Assembly (NCBI GenBank): GCA_016748015.1
Contig: JAAOMT010000057.1
Coordinates: forward strand, 390,763 to 454,762
Origin: Geosiphon pyriformis uo1
Lineage: Eukaryota; Fungi; Glomeromycota
Direction: 5' to 3'
DNA length: 64,000 nt
Part shown: in pieces, positions 11,549 through 25,224 of the stretch
Position numbering within the stretch: the first letter of the stretch is position 1
Layout: every line of letters begins with the position of its first letter
Position numbers and translations under genes: made by a program
The notes under the pieces: generated by a model
Seen by the model: the letters and a program-made list of their open reading frames with translations, nothing else
Told to the model about the DNA's origin: nothing
Databases searched by the model: none

Positions 11549-12377
11549 TATTACTCATAGAAAAAGTATACAAGAAAATAGTAGGAAAAAAACAGATAAA
11601 TTAATAGAAAAATAGTAGCTAATACATAAGTACATTGCTTAGCAATATAGAGCATTATAGAGAATTATGGCATATTGCTTAACAATATGAAGCAATGTTA
11701 GAAAATCATGACACATTGCTTAAGAAATTATAGCATATTGCTTGAGAATGTAAGTGATCTTGTAAAACTCAAATTATGTATATATAGTAAGAGTGTTAGA
11801 AGCAAAAAAGAGAAAATCAATATCTAGACTATCCTATTAAAACATTTTAGTTAGAATTATTAATATCAATAAAATAATTATTCATTATCTAAATTACTTT
11901 CCTCACTATCAACACTTTATGTTGATAGTATCCAATACTTAACCACACTAGAACAATAGCTCTTAATTATGATTATTGACAGGATACTAATTCTTTCTTG
12001 TCTTGGCTTATTTTCTTTATTTTTTTTTATTTTTTTTATTTTTTTTGTTGATTTACTAAATTAATTAAGAATTAATATGCAGAGTTATTAACATTAAAGT
12101 AATTGGTAAAAGACCTAGGAATAAGAATAGAACATTCAAGAATTGAAGATAGCTTACCAAAAAGATTACTGGTCATTATATTAAGAAAAAATTTGATAGA
12201 ATTACAATTCCAGAAAACAATAAATAAAACCATTATTGAATCTCTGTTAATTATACAAAGGGCTTCACAAAACCTTCAAATCATTAAAACCTTTAGATAT
12301 TACCAATACCATCAGCTATTAAGCACCAAGTTACAGATTTGTTAATTGGTTTAAGACTCCAAATATTATCTGTAACA
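11549..12377 (+). repeat. 3' LTR of A
   Basis: Starts T(A)TTACTCATA after the PPT and ends TGTAACA. Contains TATATATA, AATAAA and the hairpin module. Confidence 0.9.
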
Positions 12378-14100
12378 GTGAAAAGACCTGTATCATCAAT
12401 TATTATTTAGTTACTTATGTTTGGGCCAGATGTGTGATTGTTTGTTTTGACTCTGCAGCTTTTCTGAATGCTATTATAAAAACCACACTAGTGTTATAGA
12501 ATGTTAATTTATATTGGTCTTAGTTGAACTCTGTCAAATGTGTTAAGTATGAAAAATTGGGTTACACATCATTGGGCTGTGTTTCTGGTAAAAAAAATTC
12601 TCTTGGCACTCCTTCTTATAAAATGCTATCTGAAAAGAATAAAAACAGGCTGGCTTCCATCTATATCAAACATTCAACTTCTATTGCTTGTTCTGTTTTT
12701 TTTGGTAGTGCTTCTTGGGCAAAGATTGTTGGTGGATTTTTTTTTTCTTTTCTTTCTGCACATAATGGTTTGGCTTATTTTGGTTTCTCTTCAAAGATAA
12801 AATTCTTTTTGCCTGTTGTCAATAAGTTGGAATTACATTTAGTGAATATTAAAAGCAGTTTTACCAGTCTTACAAGACAAATTAGTAAGTTGGCTAAGAA
12901 GTTAGAATCACTTGTGCTGATGGTTTCCCAGTCTAGCTCTGAATGTTAGCCATTAGTGACTCCCCTATTATAAGATTAAGTGAACAATATAGTGATGGGA
13001 AAGAGCTCAAGTAAAATCATTAGTAATAAAACTGTTATGGTTTTGGGCTTTTCTGTCTCTCCTAATGTGGTACAATTGGAAAACATACTAAAAAGACTTA
13101 CTGTTTCAGTGCTGAATCTGTTAACATGTTTTGACAGTTTAGTTTTGGCTGGTGGTGTGCTTCCTAAACTTCTTTTTTAATAAGTAGTCTGGTGTGAAAA
13201 ATTGCTATATGTAATATTAAAAGAATAAACAATTCTACAAAACAGATTGATATTATTTGTTGGCACAAAAACATGAATAATTTGATTTCTATTTTCATGA
13301 AAATAAAGCTAAAAAAAAAGATTTGCCCATGGATTGTCAACAAATTTGATTGCATTTGGGTGTTTATTTCTGGTTTAGATTCTGGGTATTTGGGTGTTAG
13401 TGTTGTAATTGTCATGAATATTTTTTGGCAAAATATGTGTATAAGATTTCTGAGATGCCTGATTGGCTCCTTTCCATTAAATTACTTTTCAAAAATAAAT
13501 TTTCTGTTTTAATTTTGGGGCTTTACACTGGCACTTTCTTAGTGGTTTGATTTTTTCAAGCTGGTAAAATCAATTTTCTGGTTGTGAAGACTGTAAATAA
13601 GTCTTTTTTGTTATCTTCAGTGGCAATTTCAATGAGGATGGTTTTTGTAAGTATGTCAGTTTCAAGAGATTTCTTGATTTGGAGTTGGTTAATTCATTGG
13701 TTGAAAGTTCACTTACAAGATTGTCTATATGAAAGAACTTTAAAGATGTGTTTAGAACAATTGATTATGTATTTGTTTTTTTGAATTTAATTAATGCAAT
13801 AGTAAATTATGAGGTTAAGGATATTAGTAATTACTTTGACTTGGATTACCAAGCTATTTCTGTTTCTGTCAGTTTGAGTGGCTTGTTGAATGTACATCTG
13901 AATCATTTGTGTAAACAGACTAATAAAGACTATTGGAAGTTTGACATTAAAAATGCTAATGAAACAAAATAGATTAATTTTAAGAATGCTATAGTGGCTA
14001 ATATAATCTTATTCTCTAATGAGTTTATTTTTTTTAGTAAGTTCTCAGATCTGAATTCTATGTAAGATATTGTTTGCAAAGTGATAATTCTTTTAGCTGG

Positions 14101-15915
14101 TGTTATAGTTCAAGAATTTAATAGGAATTATAAATAATATAAATTAGCCAATCATAAAATAGCACAACAACAATTTATAAAAAGAAATGATTTACAAATA
14201 AAAGTAAGCACTATTTTACAATAGCAGTAAGCACTATCATGTAAAAGCAGCAAGCACTATTTAGAAATAATGAAAATAGAGTATTACAAGACATTATTTT
14301 GTAAAACAATAATTATATATATATACAATAGTTTTTAATGATGAAGAAAAACAGCTTCAACTTGAAGCAACAAATATCTAAATAAAATCTTATTCAAAAA
14401 AAATTAATAAAAATAATAAATTGAATGAATATCACAATTACAAGATTAACAATAGAATTTACATACTCTCTCTAGTGAATGAAACTATCATTTCATCTTT
14501 AAACTCTTTGAAAGAATAATCCCTGATTAAAATTATTTATGTGATTATTAATTAAATTGAAAAAGCTTTATTATATACTTAAGGAAATCACAAAAAAACT
14601 ATTAACATTCCATGTTTTTAGATCAAAGAAACACATCAGACAATTGCATGGATAGCTTTAGAGAAGACCCCAGACAATAGATAGATTTCAGATTAGCCTC
14701 TGGAAAGGAATATACAACATACAAAGACAACTAGAATTAAAGAAAAAACTTACATTACAACATTGTTATCCGAGTAAAAAAACCAATTTGAAGTTATGAA
14801 AAAATGTGACCAGAATATGACATAATACAGAATAGCATACAATAACATTGAATAATGCATTATAACTTAGGATAGTACAGAATAATGCATTATAACATAG
14901 AATAACACAAAATAACATGTAATAACACCAGATAATGTGTTATAACATAAGATAACTAGTAATAATATAGAAAAACAAAGCAATAACAGAAATAACAAAA
15001 CAATAGTTAGCAATAATAAAACAATCAGAAGTAATTCTATAAAACCAAAAAAATGTATAAAAGCGAGTAGTTATAGAAAGTAGAAATGAGAGACAGATAG
15101 ATATAAACCATTAGACAAGAATCAAATATCTTTACCTTTTTCATTATTTATCCTATTTCATCTTCATCTTCTGAAATAAATCAATTATTAAGAAATCAGA
15201 ATTATGAATTTATGTTCTCAAACTTTGTGGAATTTACATGAACTAACCATTGTTTTGTATTTTTGTTCTAGGACAGATGCTCTTAGCATAACCATCTCAA
15301 CTATTAATGATTTGGACCAATTGCTCTTAATCACAATGATTGACAATACTAATTTATCTTTTTTTTTATTTTATTTTTTTTATTTTTTTTTTTTTGTGGA
15401 GTGGCAACATAGGAAAATTGACTGTTTAGGAATAGACTTCATAATAACCTGGTAAAAGAGGGAGGCTCTCCCTAAGTTTTGGATATTAACATTATCTTGT
15501 TAGCTTATCAGAAGGGCAAAAAAACAATGCCAGACCCTAACAATTGTGCTCATTAGCTCAGAGAAAATAGCTCACATTCTTAAAGAAATTGCAATCAGTA
15601 AAAACCAAATCTCTGTGTCTTATAACCAAAGAACTCAATAAGTAAATTCACAACCAGTAGATAAGACTTTCAGAAACTGATAATTAAAACTAAGCCAATA
15701 GAATTATGCAAAAGATGCATTACCAATAATTGAAAGCACCAAATGTTACTATTTCCCTACCCCACCCAATTTACCTATAGCAACATCAAGAGAAAACCTT
15801 CAGTACATTATTATTAATATCCAATACATAAAAATTGAGAAACTCATGAGAGACTGATTGCAATTAAAACAGGAGATCAACAATTAAAATATACCAAAAA
15901 AACACTCCCATAATA
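14101..15915 (+). mobile_element. Solo LTR 'C' (~790 bp net) containing solo LTR D
   Basis: TGTTA...TAATA (CA>TA); TSD CTGG 14097-14100 / TTGG 15916-15919; TATA run at ~14314; ~22-bp AGYAAGCACTAT repeats; homologous to C'. Confidence 0.85.
14764..15782 (+). mobile_element. Solo LTR 'D' (G-family LTR)
   Basis: TSD ACAT at 14760-14763 and 15783-15786. Colinear with the reverse complement of the G LTR at 44452-45501. Confidence 0.9.
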
Positions 15916-18900
15916 TTGGAGAGACATTTAAGAAAAAATGGTTTAAAGACTTTGTTAATGTTTTTACCAAGAACTCTTTTAAATTTTACAGACTGGAAGT
16001 TTTGATTTCAAAGATTGTTAAAACTTCTCATATGGAGAGCAATGATAGATTTGTATCTTTAATAAGCAGCTAAGTGGTTTTAGACTTTGATAAGGCTACA
16101 ACTATTCAAGTTTTATTAGAGTCTAGTACAAGTTTCAATCATGTGAGATCTGCTTTTTTTGGCATAAGAAAGGCTTATCATACTTCTAAGCTTGCTGAAT
16201 CTCTAAAAACTAAGAAGTCAAGTATTAGATCTGTTATTAATAGACAGATAAAAAATTTTGCTTCTGATAAAGATCATACTATCAAGAGTATATTGGAATG
16301 TTTTTTCCATAAGATGGAATTAAATTATCTAGTCATTGATAATGAATTGATTCTGAAATCTGATTTGGTTAAGACCAAGATGAATGTAATTATAGAGGGA
16401 TAGATTAGAAAACATATAGTGGTTTCTAATATCTCTGATGACTGGTCTTGTCAATATTAGCCATTGAAATATGTTTTTGATGATGCTTTCTCAGATGTAA
16501 TATGTTCAGTTGGCTTTGATGAATTGTTCTGTGTAATTTCTAATTTGCCCAATGGTAAAACTATTGGTTTTTCTGGTATTTCAAATAAGCTTTGAAAACA
16601 TTGTGACAAATCAGTTTTAGATATGCTTCTGGTACTTTTGAATACTTGTTTGTCTCGTGAATTCATGTCCAGTTCTTGAAAAAAGATTTGGGTCTTAATA
16701 ATTCCTAAGTTATATGAATGGAAAAATGTTCTCATAAATACTAGTCCTATTGCTCTGATTGAAACAGCTTGTAAGATTCTCTCTAAAATTCTGTCTGATA
16801 GAATTTTGTTGGCATGCAGCACCTTTGATGTTCTTTATGAGAACAATTTTTCAGTTCTAAAAGATACAACTACATAATCTTTTATTTATGCAGTCAGCTC
16901 TATAATAAAAAATGCTTTGAAAAAGAACTGTGAACTCTGGCTGGTTTTGTAAGACATGCAAAAGATTTATGATTCTGTTGGTTAGAAACACCTTAAGAAA
17001 AGCTTAATTAAGATTAAAATATATAGCAAGTTCATTTATTTTTTAGTAGTATTCATAGTGATTACATCAACAAAGTTATGACTAATTTCAATTTAACAGG
17101 TGGTTATTATGTGCATGATGGTTTAAATCAAAGAAAAATCTTCTTATCTCTTCTCTGATGCATATTTTATGACCCCTTTTTTTGTAAAGTTAAAAGACAA
17201 AAAAGTGTATGAGTATAGATTAAATTCTTACTTTATTTCAAAAAATGGTTGTGCAGAATCTAGAGCTGAGTTGTCTTCTTTTTTTACTGCTGGAGCTTTT
17301 GTCAATAATACAATTTAGATTGGTAGCAGTCAAAGTACTATCCAACATATTTTCAATGTTGCCAGTGAATTTTTTCAGATCAATAACATTTTCATCAATA
17401 TTGACAAAACTGTGGTCATCCCTATTAATTGCAGAGTTGTCAGTCCTACTTTGTTTATTAGTGGCTTACTTATTTTTATTGTTAAAAAAAGAGAATCTTA
17501 TTAATATCTAAGTATCTTTTTATTAACTAAAAGTCTCTCAAAGCTTAACTTGGCCAAGACATATTATGATGTTTGTTTTTTCACCAACTTTGTGCTAAAA
17601 AAAGCCATCTCAAATAAGCAGTTTTTATATTTGGTGTGAGCCATTTTCTATTCTATTATCAGTTACAAAATGCAATTCAGCTTTATTCCTATTGGTGTAT
17701 ACAATAAGTAAGATGTTTTAATCTGTAAAAGCCTAAAATTAAAATCTAATCTGCCTCTTAATTTTCCAAGTAATACAATTTATCACCCTTTTTTTTATAA
17801 TTTAAAAACTTTTAAGCAGGTTTAATCTAAGAGTAAATTGGCATTACTTGTGAGTTTTGCAAACTCTAGTGGTATTTTGAGTCGTTTGTTTTCTCACAGG
17901 TCTTATGACTTACAAGTTTTGTGTTGGCACTCTATTTATTTCTTGAGTTCTTCAGTTCATACTTGAGTCAATCCTTCTAATAACTTTTTGGCAGAAGTAG
18001 TCTGTATCTTTTTTGATTACAATTTGTCTTTAGGTGGTCTTATGTACAATTTTTTTTATCTTCAGGACAAAGTGCCCATGTCAACTGTTCTTGGTGAGTT
18101 TAAATTTTTCAAGCTTCTCTTTTTACTTTGACATTATAATATTGTCTTTGTGGACCAGTTTTATAATCATTATGGTGATATTTTTAATTGAAAAACCTTC
18201 AGACAGTGGAAGAAATTAGACTCTTATGGCTTTATTCTTAACTGGTTCAATCTTTTTGTTGTCTTTTTCAATGACTTGGCTTCTTTTTTTGTTTATTCTT
18301 CTTTTTCTAAGAGTGGTGTTGGTTCTTCAAATGTTCTTAAGTCTTATGAATTTGAATCAATTAGTAATCAACTGTCTTGTATTAATGCTGGTAGTTTGTC
18401 TATTGATATGGATGGGTCTTTGAAAGACTTAGACATTATTAACAGAAGAGCTGATGCTATAGTCTTTTTTGATAATATTAATTTGGGTTTGGATGTTAAA
18501 GTTTCTGGCTTAATGTTCTCTACTTTAATGGAGTTATAGACTATTATATTGGTGTTTTAGAGAATAAATATGCTGATGCTTTTGCTGTTGCCACTTTCCT
18601 TTCTGATTGATATCTTTTCTCCCCTTTTGTTTAAGAGAATACTGTATTATGGCTGGTGGTGGTGGTGTTGTTTCTAATAACTTTAGATATTTTGTTTGTG
18701 ATATTTTTAGATCTGTTTATTATGCATACTGAGAGATTGGTTTTAGTTTTAAAGTTTTGGCAGATAATTTGCTTTTAAACATTGACTGGCTCAATTTTTT
18801 TTTGGTGTGGCATCCTGATTTGCATATGGCTGTGAATTTTACAAGCAAACTTTCTACCAATATATGCACTTATTTCATAAAGGCTTTATATTATCAGCTG

Positions 18901-21027
18901 TCTATTACTATTTGAAAGCACTTGTATAACAGACACTATTTTAGTGTGTTATGTTTGTAATATGATAATGTTGAGATTTTGGAACATGTGTTTTCTTGCA
19001 AAGCTAACAGTTCTATTTATTATCAATTGTTGGATGCTCATACAGCTTACTGGAGGGTGCTTTTTGGTCTTCTTTGTTTTTTTTCTCATGTTTTTCAGAT
19101 TCTGTTATCTTGTGCTTTTAATGTCTCTGTGTATATGGCTCTTTGTAAGAGTTTTGTTTTTGAGAGTTGGCTCCAAGAGACTATTTCTGTCTTTCATGAT
19201 TCCAAGATTGCAAGTCAAAGAGTTGTAAAATTTTTGCATGCTTTTTGTTTTGTTTTTAGAGATAATATCTGGTTAGTCTGTGCTAAATATTGTGTCTTTA
19301 TGGAAAAAAATGAACTGATTCCACTTGATAGTTCAGCTCCTATTTTGGTTTTTGGGCTTTTTTTGGGGTTTTCTGCTGGTATTGTCAAGTTGCTTGGAAT
19401 TGCTAAGACATTTGGTATTTGTTTTGGTTTTTATAAGTTTTGCTTATTTTTTTTAAGTATTAGTAACATGACTTCAGTTTACATAGTTGCTTAGTGTTGT
19501 CTTAATCAGCCTGAGTGGCTGGTTATGTATAATAAAAGCATGATTTACACCTAGTTTAGATTACTTATATAATATATGATACTAAGTAGCATTTGGATTT
19601 CACTTATAAAGCATAAAAAAAAAAAAAAAAGCTTATATTTAAAATTTTTTGTAAAAAATTCAATTTTTATAGTAAAGTAAATATATATTATTAAAAGCTT
19701 ATAAATATAAAAAACTTTTTTTTTCTTATATTTTAGAAAAAGTTTTTTTTTGTTTTTGTTATTTTTATTATTTAGTTAAATATCTTTAAATTTTTTTTTG
19801 AATATAAAGCTGTTAATATTAATAGTGGTTTGAGTATAAAAGAATTTAAAAAAAACTAGTATTAATTCTGTAGTTTCAAATTTATCTGTCAGAAAAAAAT
19901 ACAAAGATAGTATTTTAAAAAAATCTGTTGTTAAAATTAATGCTAAAATTTTTTAAAAGTTGTTTAAGACTAATAAAATAGCTGATTTAGATGTTAATAA
20001 CTCTATTAATATTGAAAATATAAATATAAATAAAGAGTTTTTAATTAAAAAAACCAGCTTTTAGCTTAGTAATAATAATAAATTAAAGCTTTAAAAATAT
20101 TAATATAACTTTTAAAAAACTGAATAGAATTGTTATTAAGTATATACTTAGAAAGTTTTTTAAATAGTGTTATTGTTTAAAAATTTAACAAAAAAATCAT
20201 AATATAGCACAATAATAATTTTAAAAAAATAATAATTAATATAGTAGCAAGTATTATTTTATAATAATAGTAAACACTAATTTGTAATAATAGTAAACAC
20301 CAATTGGTAATGTTATAGTTGAAACTTATATTTCTTATTAATTATTACATGTATTAGCCACTAATGTCATATAAATTATCCACACTATTTTTAGATAGTA
20401 ATCATTGACCTGATTAATGATCTGACTATTGATCTGATCATTAACCACTTTTGACAGCTATATAAATGATGAATCTCTTAGCTGTAGAAAAGCATGTTCA
20501 AAATAATTAAGAATAAATAAAGTAACAATTTTCATCTCAATCATTCTCTTATCGCTAATTTCCTTTTCTTTACCTTCAAGTATCTGAATATCTTGGAATA
20601 AAAGATTACTTGTTGGTTAATTTTTACTCTTTTCCTGAAATGTATAAGTGTAACATTTGAAGATTATTGAATAAAACATGACTGAAAAGCACATTTGATA
20701 TTTGATATTGAATTCTAAGAGCACTGACAGAAGGCATAAAATTATATCAAGTGTGATCATTTGTTGACAGTACAGACTATCCCTCTATCTTTAGATTCTT
20801 TAGTTACCTTTTTAAAAAGAATAGTGACTAAGATATTTTATGAGACTGATCTCACATATTGAATTCATACTTATTCAATTTGCTCTTTGAAATTGAATTC
20901 CCTTTGATTATTTCCATTACTCTACAATCTTGTTCTCTCTTGCTATCCATTAGCTTGTTATTTCAACCCATAACATAAAAGTGGTGCTTCCTGTGAGATT
21001 GTTAAAATCCACTTTGTTTCCTATTGT

Positions 21028-22526
21028 ATGAGTGATTATTCATATCTGCCACAACAATTAGAAGAACACTTTGAAGCATACAACAAAAATGATCTAGACT
21101 TTATTGAATTAAATCTTTTGTCCTTTTGCTTAATTTGCTTCCCCATTGAAAATCAATCCAGTAGACAATTCCAAGATTTTTGGAACTGGTTCTTGAACGA
21201 GCATTCAGCTAAAACCTACACAGCCTATACAACTTATTACTTTGACCAAGCTTATTTTGAAGACAACTTTGAAGAAAGAAACAACAGTATCAATCAACTC
21301 TTGTATTTTACAATCTTTGAACAACAGCCCCCTGATTTCGAATATCTGAGTCATCAAATCCACATTTGAATTACTGCCCATCAAGCAACTAAAACTTCCT
21401 TTAAAACAAAAGAAAAAAGCTACCAAACTGCTCTTGTTTTTGACTTTTTATCAAGTGAATCAGACTTATCTACATAAACAGTTATCCCTGAACCAATGGC
21501 TAATAACCCTATGCAAACAAACATTCTGGCTGCCCTCCAAGGTATACAAACTGTTTTAGGAAGAAGAAACAATACCCCACTATTACTATTTAGAAATAAT
21601 GCACAAGATCTAAAAGAGCTGTCACAGCCAACCAGTATGATAAAGAATACAAGTTTCAAATCATTGGTGGCTATTTCCAAGGCTCTCCTGTTACCTGGTT
21701 CTCACAAAAAACAGATGCCAATGCTCAACACCAAATAATCAGATAGACACCAACCAATGCTGAAAAAAAAAATACCTCTTTCATTACCCAATTTGAAACC
21801 AAGTTCAGAACCCCAATATTAATATCCAAATGACACATGAAATTGGAAAAAAGAACCCAAGGCCTTAGAGAAATAATGATTGAATATGCCAAAGCTATCA
21901 AAAAGCTAATCAAACATGTAGACTCTGGGAAAAACTGGACAGAAGAGCAAAAGATCTATTTCTTCACAAAAAGATTAAGAACTAATCTATTGTATGCTCT
22001 TTGGCCTTTTTTGGCTTTAAAAAACAACTCAACAATGGACATGGCTATTGAATTGACACAAAAAATTGAAGATAACCAAAAGATGCATTTGAGATTTACA
22101 CTTCCAGTTTTTGCTCCTGCTCCACAAATGGCTGCTGTCTCTTTTGCTGCCCAAACTCAAGACCCAAATGAACAGTTAATAGATAGACTTACAGCTAATT
22201 TTGTCTGGCTACTAAAATCTTTGGCCCAAGCAGTTAGAGAAAATCAACAACTCCAAAGACCCAGATTTGAATTCTGCTTTAATCAGCCCCAACAATTACC
22301 ATATCAAAGACAGCAAAATTGTGGCCCACCTGTGTACTATTACTGTGGACTAACTGGACACTTTTCAAGAGACTGTAATAATCTTCCATTGCCCCCTCCA
22401 GCTCCTAAAAATAATGACACCCAGAATAACAGACCCAACAATAATAATGTTCCCAATCAAAGATCTAATTATGCCAATATCAATTTCTTTGGAGAGGATT
22501 GCCTAGTGGAAGTCACTGTTTATTAG
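21028..22526 (+). pseudogene. gag: gag of E with N-terminal CxxC-containing extension and CCHC knuckle
   Basis: ORFs 21028 and 21496 share a frame; RTQGLRE..EYAKAIKKL; YYCGLTGHFSRDC. Confidence 0.85.
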
Positions 22527-22555
22527 CCTTTAAACTGGTAGGCGCACCTCCAAAG

Positions 22556-25224
22556 GGTGAGAGTACAAGCCAACCAGAAAAAAACCTCTTTTATGCTTTT
22601 AACCTAACTGACAATGACCATAACATAGATAAACTAACAATCAACACTTCTGAACCAACAAAAAAGAAGAAGAAAGCCAAGGTTGATTTCGTTATAGATC
22701 CAAAAAAAGCCTCCACATCAACTGCTGATAACAATGAGCTACCAAAAGCTAAAGTTTTTAAAAATCCTCCAAAGTTGGAACTTCCAGAAATTGTACAAAA
22801 ATCTGGACCATATTCTGTTGTCAAAGATCTCATGAAAACTCCTGCTCACATTACCTTTGGCCAGTTAATAATCCATCCCCAATTCAGAAAAGATCTTCAT
22901 AAATCATTAATACCAAAGAAGAAGACACCAAAAACCAACAAGCGCCCTTGTCAAGCTAGACTTGCTGACAACAGCAATGTCACTCCTCTAATTTGCAAAG
23001 CCCAAGTGGCTGGCTACTTTATTGATTTGATTTTGGACAGTGGATCATCTGTTAGTGTTATTGTCAAACACTTTTTAGAAGCAATTGGCAAAAAAATTAA
23101 TGAACCATCCACAAGACCAATGACTAATGTACATAGTGACAAAAAAAAAAGTCTGGGCATAGCCAAAGCTGTTCCTGTCCAAATCAATGGCATCAGTATT
23201 AAAACTGACATAAAAGTATCTAAAGCAAAAGAATACACCATAATAGTTGGCAATGAATGACTCAAGAAAGCAAAAGCCTTGCTTGATTATAAACTCTGTA
23301 AACTAACCATCAGATGTGGTGAGAAACCCATTGTGGTTAAGTGCCATTATTGGACAACTTCTCCAGTAACCCGACAAAACCAAGAAAAAGAACAATTAGA
23401 TAAATCAGATAATAATAAGAGCAATGATGATGAAGATCAAGAAGAATAAAAAGAAACTGCTAAACTTGCTTATATTATCTTCACCAACAATGGCAAGCCA
23501 CTAGACAATATTCAAGCTGACAAAAAAGGAATTATAGTGAATGGCAAGCTGATTTGCTGGCCCTACTATGATATCCTTAGAAGAATCTTTGATAAAAAAC
23601 CTGGCAAAAAAGCCAAATACAGTTATTGGTAGCATAGTTCTTGTGTACAATGCTGGTGTAATAAATCTTTGTATTTACCAAGTGATGAATGCAAATTTTG
23701 CCTGATCTATTACAAAAATTGGGAACCAATTAGCTTGATATCTTAAGAAAAATTTAAAGAAATACAAAAGTTCTTTGAGAATGAACCACCTGAAATCCAA
23801 TCATTAGTTGTAGAACAAAGAGAACCTTCCCCTAAAGAAAGAAAAGTGGACATTGAAAATCTGTTGGCTAGAAATAGCCCAGTAATCTTAAAAGAAGGTG
23901 ATACCTCTGGATGAATCCATGTAATACAACACACTATCATCACAAAAGAAACTCACCCCATCTATTTGAAGCCTTATCAATCCAATCGACACAATAATGA
24001 GTTTATCAAAAAAGAGATAAACCGGATGAAAGATCTTGGATTCATACAAAAAACCAAGAGTAAATGAACTTTTCCAGTTGTAGTGGTATTCAAGAAAGAT
24101 GGAACCCTATGCTTTTGTGTTGACTACTGCCAATTAAATGCTATTACTATAAGAGACATGTACCTACTTCCCAAAATTGATGCAATGCTAGATAAATTCA
24201 ATGGTGCTGCTTTTTTCTTAATTATTGACTTAACTGTTAGATTCTGACAAATAGAGATGGATCCAGAAAGCAGAAAGAAAACTGTTTTCATTACCAAGTA
24301 TAGCACTTATAAATTTACAGTCATGCCTTTTGGTCTTATCAATGCTTCTTTCACTTTTCAATGCCTAATGGATAAAGTGTTTGAATTAGTAAAAGAAAAC
24401 TTTGTTTTGGTTTACTTGGATGACATAATAGTATATTCAAAAACCTGGGATGAATACCTTGAACATTTACAGAAGGTTTTTGACCTGCTCAGAAATGCTG
24501 GCCTTAAAATCAATCTAATCAAATCTTTCTTTGGATGCCAATTCACCCAGTTCCTTGGTCATCTTATTACAAAAGATTGAATCTTCTCTGATCCAGCTAA
24601 AGTTAAAAAAGTTCAAAATATTAGACAACCAATAAATGTTCCTGAACTATGCTCTTTCTTTGGTTTGGCCTTTTACTATCACAAATTTATCAAAGATTTC
24701 TCCAAAATTGCCTTTTTTCTCAATCAGCTACTTAGAAAAAATGTTAATTATCACTAGGACACTCATTAACAAAAAGCTTTTGAAATTCTGAAGGAAAACT
24801 TATTACTGAACCAATTCTCAAGCAACCAGATCTGGATTAATCTTTCATCTTCCACACTAATACATCTGGCTATGGGCTTGGTGCTGTCTTTTCACAAAAA
24901 AATGAAAATAGCAGAGAACATGCTATAACATATGCCAGTAGATTCCTCACATCAGTAGAAAAAAATTATTCAGTTACTGAACAAGAATATCTAGTAGTAG
25001 TTTGGGCTACTAGCTACTGAGATCAATATCTTCTTGGTACAAAATTCTTAGTGATAACAGATTATCAAGCCTTGGTTTGGCTGTACAATAAAAAGAAGCT
25101 GAAACACAAATAAATAACTTGCTGAATACTCCACTTAGATGAATTCGACTATAATATTCAACACCACAAAGAAGCAAATCATCAAAATGCCAACACTCTC
25201 TCTAGACTTATCATTCAGTGATAG
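22556..25224 (+). pseudogene. pol: pol of E: protease, small Cys-rich linker, RT, RNase H
   Basis: LILDSGSSVS; MPFGLINA; VYLDDIIVYS; HTNTSGYGLGAV; NANTLSRL followed by TGA TAG. Confidence 0.92.

Larger units (their letters stand above)
1..12377 (+). mobile_element. Ty3/Gypsy-order LTR retrotransposon 'A' (dUTPase-bearing, degenerate); 5' end outside window; inserted into LINE1 ORF1; interrupted by B
   Basis: LTR end ...TGTAACA at 195, then PBS TTTGGTGCTC. Domain order is gag-PR-(Cys-rich)-dUTPase-RT-RH-IN-ORF3, then PPT (11533-11548) and 3' LTR 11549-12377. Confidence 0.92.
13180..19494 (+). pseudogene. LINE1 ORF2 (endonuclease-RT-RNase H), disrupted
   Basis: Reading frame rejoins across insertion C (LAG|ETFKKKWF). 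Ends ...SVYIVA* at 19494. Confidence 0.88.
12378..19630 (+). mobile_element. LINE1: non-LTR retrotransposon (ORF1 3' part; ORF2 APE-RT-RNaseH-zinc finger; 3' UTR; poly(A)), interrupted by C/D
   Basis: ORF1 knuckle CVKYEKLGYTSLGC; APE start KIAICNIK (13200); RT SPIALIETACKILSKI, GAFVNN (FVDD, ~17295); RNH DMDGSL..STLMEL; EHVFSC; A16 tail at 19615-19630. Confidence 0.92.

Noticed and set aside
12103-12345. LTR-internal ORF (VKD..RVEH..EDSLP) or a TM peptide from the T-rich tract as a real gene
   Set aside because: Indels between LTR copies, including 9- versus 10-bp microsatellite units, do not preserve frame. Only the distal part is kept as a weak finding.
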